A stretch of 52,696 nt of DNA from Octopus sinensis. Taxonomy: Eukaryota. Position 1 is the first letter of the stretch; each line of letters starts with the position of its first letter. A model generated the notes under the pieces. It saw only the letters and a program-made list of their open reading frames with translations, searched no databases and was not told the origin of the DNA. Both the position numbers and the translations under genes were made by a program. This document shows, one piece after another, positions 48,354-52,696 of the stretch. The stretch spans positions 1-52,696 of the forward strand of contig NW_021834624.1 in NCBI RefSeq assembly GCF_006345805.1, written 5' to 3'.

Positions 48354-49069
48354 AGATGTAATAAATCACTACAGACTGGACGACTGCATGGAGTCAGAGA
48401 AATGAAGAGGAAGGCGGAGGTGGGAGACAAGAGGTCAAGATGGCGACACTATTCTGTAATCACCTTAGGTATTTTGGTGTGAGCGGTGGAGGAGGCGTGG
48501 TGGTCAGGTGAATACTTCTGACCACTTGTTGGCTTTATTCGAGGCCATTCACAATATATGAATGGCCCTCAATAGCTTCCATTTCTAACACTTTTATTTC
48601 CTCTCTTTTAAAGTGGTGGTGGTGGTGGTGGTGGAGGTCGTCGTCGTCGTCGTGGTATTTAATATTTGTGGTATTGTTGTTGATGTTTAAAAACCCCACC
48701 CCATATATCAGCCTTTATAGTTACGTATGGTAAAAAAAGTAGTCCAGCCGTGACCATCCACCTTTACCATTTGCCACGTAACACTAAGATCGTCCTTCCT
48801 TTGTATTTATTTATTTTTTTTTTGTTTGTTTATTTATTTATTTATTTTGAGTAGCGTTCTGTTTGGGACTTGACTGTTATTTCTAGCAAGTAAAGCAGCC
48901 ATGCGTCGGTGGGGGTTGCATCGTTGACTCGAGAGGCTCTCGTTCTTTTTACGACGGTGGGGCGGGTGGGGGTGATAGTAGTGTGTGTGTGGGGGGTTAA
49001 TTAGTTTTTAATCAGAGGATGTGACACTTGTGTTTTATATAAGTCTATATTGTGGGAAATGGAAAGAAA

Positions 49070-49168
<99 letters not shown>

Positions 49169-49952
49169 CAACACACAAAATGTCTGTAGCGTGTTTATGT
49201 GTTTGTGTGTGTCGTCGCAGTTTCTCCGAGTGATTAAAAAGTTCACTTTGCAACCATGAAGTCCTGGGTTCGATTTTACGGTGTGACATTTTGGATGTCA
49301 TTTTCCATAACTTCGGGTTGGCCCATACTTTATGAACTCACCGAGGAGAATGAAGAGGAGGAAGGAAGGGAGGGGAGGAGGAGGAGGAGGAGGAGGAGGA
49401 GGAGGAGGAAGAGGAGGAAGAAGTGGAAGAGGAGGAAGAGGAGGAAGAAGAAGAAGAGGAGGAGAAGGAGGAGGAGGGGGGGAGGAGGAGGAACAGAGTA
49501 AAAACAAAACTCAAATTAAGTTAATTAGATGTCTAATGAGGACAAATCTGATTTCAGATGAAATAATAATATAAACATGGCTAATTATTATCTGTGACAT
49601 AATTAGAGATCTGCGAAGTTACTATATAAATTAACTAATTTAAATAACACGTATCACAATGGCTACATACTTAACAATTAGGAAAGATTATCGATAACAA
49701 GGTCATGAGTTCAAACTTCTGTTGTTCTTATGAAAAATAAACCGGGGCCGAGTCAAATTATTATATTTACTTCAGTAACCCTTGTCGATTCAAGTTTACA
49801 CGCTTTGTAGTTGATGTGATTTGAGGGAGATTTGACTGCTATTGTTTTTGATACTGCTTTGTTGTTGTTTTTTTTTTGGGGGGGGGAGTATTGTTTTTAT
49901 TGCTGTTGTTGGTGGTGGTGGTGCAGCTGTTGCTTATGTGGTTGTTGCTGCT

Positions 49953-50333
49953 TTGTTTGTTTGTTTGTTGAACGAAGCGGTCTTCGTCCCATGTCTGTAG
50001 TGGGAGAAGTCCGAAACGTGGTCCTTTGCTATTCGTAAGACCCGCAGAAGAGAAAGCAGGACAACCCCCGACACCGAAAGCATCCACGGATGGATGAATG
50101 CGCATCCAGGCTCAGCGGTTGCGTAGGACGTTGGGGACAAGAAACAGGAAGAAAGAGAGAGAGCAAGTTGGAGCGAAAGAGTACAACAGGGGTCGGCACC
50201 ACCCCTGCCGGAGCCTCTAAAGCTTTAGGTGTTTTCGCTCAATAAACACACACAACACCCGGTCTGGGAATCGAAACCGCGATCCTCCGATCGCGAGTCC
50301 GCTGCCCTAACCACTGGGCCATTGCGCCTCTAC
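49953..50333 (-). mobile_element. SINE family C subtype 2
   Basis: Homologous to 40207-40580; probable TSD TGTTGCTGCT at 49943-49952 and 50334-50343. Confidence 0.85.
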
Positions 50334-50389
50334 TGTTGCTGCTGCTATTGCAGTTGTCGTTGATGTTGCTGATAATGTTATCGTCATTG

Positions 50390-50950
50390 TTGTTTAGCCC
50401 CAGGACAGTTCCCATTGAGCAAGCCTATCATCAAAGACATTCCAGTTGTGAGCAACTAGTCTTTATTTCAGACCTAGGTAATGTTCTGTATGTCCTTTAA
50501 TTCTTATAGATGCTTAGATGTGATTTAAGAGAAATTCGGTTGCTATTTCTAGCAGGTCTAGTGGCCATATAGAAGCTCTGGCGTTGGCTTGTCGTTGTTG
50601 TTCTCGTTGTTGTTGCTGTTGTTTAATCCTAAATCATCCCTAATTGGGTTAACACCTAAGATGATACTCCGTCTTTCAATATTTAGTTTCACCTGTTTCA
50701 AATTGTGAGCTCAAGTCTCGGGTCAACTATTTTCCGGTCGTTATTCTCTAATATCAATAAAACATATAAATCTACACCTGGTGTCGTTGTTGTTGTTGTC
50801 GTTAAACCTTAGGTCAGCTTTGACCCAACCGTAATAATACTGTCTGTTCAAGCAATCTATGAACAGAGTATCCAGCATGTTATTTAAGACGATAGGATGT
50901 GATTCAAGGAGGACTTGGCAGCTATTTCTAGCAGATAGAGTGGCCACCTA
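50390..50950 (+). repeat. Ancient interspersed repeat fragments (GCTATTTCTAGCAG family)
   Basis: Motifs TTTAGCCCCAGG, GATGTGATT..AG.GA and GCTATTTCTAGCAG recur here and at ~24920, 48880 and 49815. Confidence 0.45.
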
Positions 50951-50975
50951 TATTTTGACTTTAGTTGTAACATAT

Positions 50976-51145
50976 GCGCAGGCGTGGCTGTATAGTAAGG
51001 AGGTTGCTTTCCAGCCACATGATTCAGGGTTCTGTCTCGCTGGTTGCCACCTTAGGCAAGAGTCTTCTATTATAGCCTCGGGTCGATCAAAGCTTTGTAA
51101 GTGGATTTGATAAGTGGAAACTGAAAGAAGCCCATCGTATATATA
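50976..51145 (+). mobile_element. SINE family A 5' half
   Basis: Head and core through GGAAACTGAAAGAAGCCC.TCGTATATAT. Confidence 0.8.
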
Positions 51146-51591
51146 TAACTGAGTTAAAGATATTCGAGAGTTTATTATGTTTTTTAAAGCCAAATTATAT
51201 CTTCAAAGATAAATACCTATTTCTTTCTATATATTTCTATCTATTTTTTACCTTAAAAATTAAAAATTAAATATTTCACATAATAAATGTGTTGTAGGAA
51301 ATAATCCTAATGTTTTAAGTTTATAATTTAGTTAATGGAGTTTTTTCTATAAGAAAAATTATTATTTATTTATTTCTTAAATAAATATAGTTTAACTCTA
51401 TTTGCTTATTTATTTATCTATTATCATTAACCTGCAGATTGACTATAATTTTAAATCAAATTTATTTCAATTGAATTTAAACTTAATTGTAGCAATGAAA
51501 CGTACGTAGTGTTTTTACATATTATATTATATTTTTATCATTCATTTATACTTTTTGAGATCTAGCTATAATTTATATATTTAAAAAGAAT

Positions 51592-51623
<32 letters not shown>

Positions 51624-51822
51624 ATCTATTTATTGGTTTATGTCTATCACTGTCTGAGTTGCATAATAATAGTTTTATCTGTAATTTATATTTTATATAT
51701 TTATACTGTGAAATTTGATTTATACTAAATTGAATTTTTCCCTGTAAGTTTGGAGTTATACTCCCTATCATTATTATTATTATTATTATTATTATTAATA
51801 TTATTATTATTATTATTATTAT

Positions 51823-51873
<51 letters not shown>

Positions 51874-51957
51874 TACATTTATATATATAATACACACACA
51901 CACGCACATATAATACATACATATATGTACATACACACATATATATACACACACATA

Positions 51958-52008
<51 letters not shown>

Positions 52009-52011
52009 GAT

Positions 52012-52081
<70 letters not shown>

Positions 52082-52111
52082 GATATTGTTATTATTATTT
52101 TCGCTTTCTTT

Positions 52112-52696
52112 AAGGCGGCGAGCTAGCAGAAACGTTAGCACGCCGGGCGAAATGCTTAGCAGTATCACGTCTGCCGTTACGTTCTGAGTTCAAATTCCGC
52201 TGAGGTCGACTTTGCCTTTCATCCTTTCGGGGTCGATAAATTAAGTACCAGTTACGGCACTGGGTTGATATAATCGACTTAATCCGTTTGTCTGTCCTGT
52301 TTGTCCCCTCTATGTTTAGCCCCTTGTGGGTAGTAAAGAAATAGGTATTTCGTCTGCCGTTACGTTCTTAGTTCAAATTCCTCCGAGATCGACTTTGCCT
52401 TTCATCCTTTCGGGGTTGATTAAATAAGTACCAGTTACACACTGGCGTCGATATAATCGACTAAATCCGTTTGTCTGTCCTTGTTTATCCTCTCTGTGTT
52501 TAGCCTCTTGTGGGTAGTAAAGAAATAGGTATTTCGTCTGTCTTTATATTATGAGTTCAAATCTCGCCATGGTCGAATTTACCTTTCATACTTTTGAGGT
52601 CGATAAATTAGGTACCCGTTGATCACTGGAAACGATATAATCGATATCCCCTCCCCAAAAATTTCAGGCCTTGCACCAATAACAGAAAGGGTTTTC
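52112..52696 (+). mobile_element. SINE family B array (head + two units + older-tail copy)
   Basis: Junctions AAAGAAATA|GGTATTTCG at 52343/52344 and 52527/52528 (184 bp apart). Confidence 0.9.

Overview
Repeat-saturated, AT-rich eukaryotic DNA with no recognisable host gene. The SINE and LINE families and the extreme microsatellite load suggest an octopod cephalopod (Octopus sp.); this is inference and was not checked against a database. Most ORFs in the supplied track are microsatellite translations. The real coding remnants are all transposon-derived: a CR1/L2-type LINE ORF2 (8880-11775, -) broken by two stops, plus an older fragment of it; two R4/Dong-type RLE LINE relics; a Tx1/L1-type LINE whose ORF1 CCHC knuckle and ORF2 endonuclease can be rebuilt after removing nested insertions; two RTE 3' ends; a DD37D (maT) transposase relic; and a Helitron helicase fragment. 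Non-coding mobile elements include two non-autonomous Helitrons, two MITEs and more than 25 tRNA-derived SINE copies. Three things stand out. (1) Type I hammerhead ribozyme folds of the Penelope-LTR kind, notably a head-to-head inverted pair inside a 133-bp-arm hairpin (4549-4842) and a compact fold with a swapped G3-C8 core (47360-47407, -). (2) A SINE subfamily joined nine times at exactly the same nucleotide of its own relatives (AATACC|TATTTC), building 184-bp arrays, which looks like self-targeted retrotransposition. (3) A 3' tail shared between the most common SINE and the CR1-type LINE. All folds and alignments were done by eye; ribozyme activity is untested.
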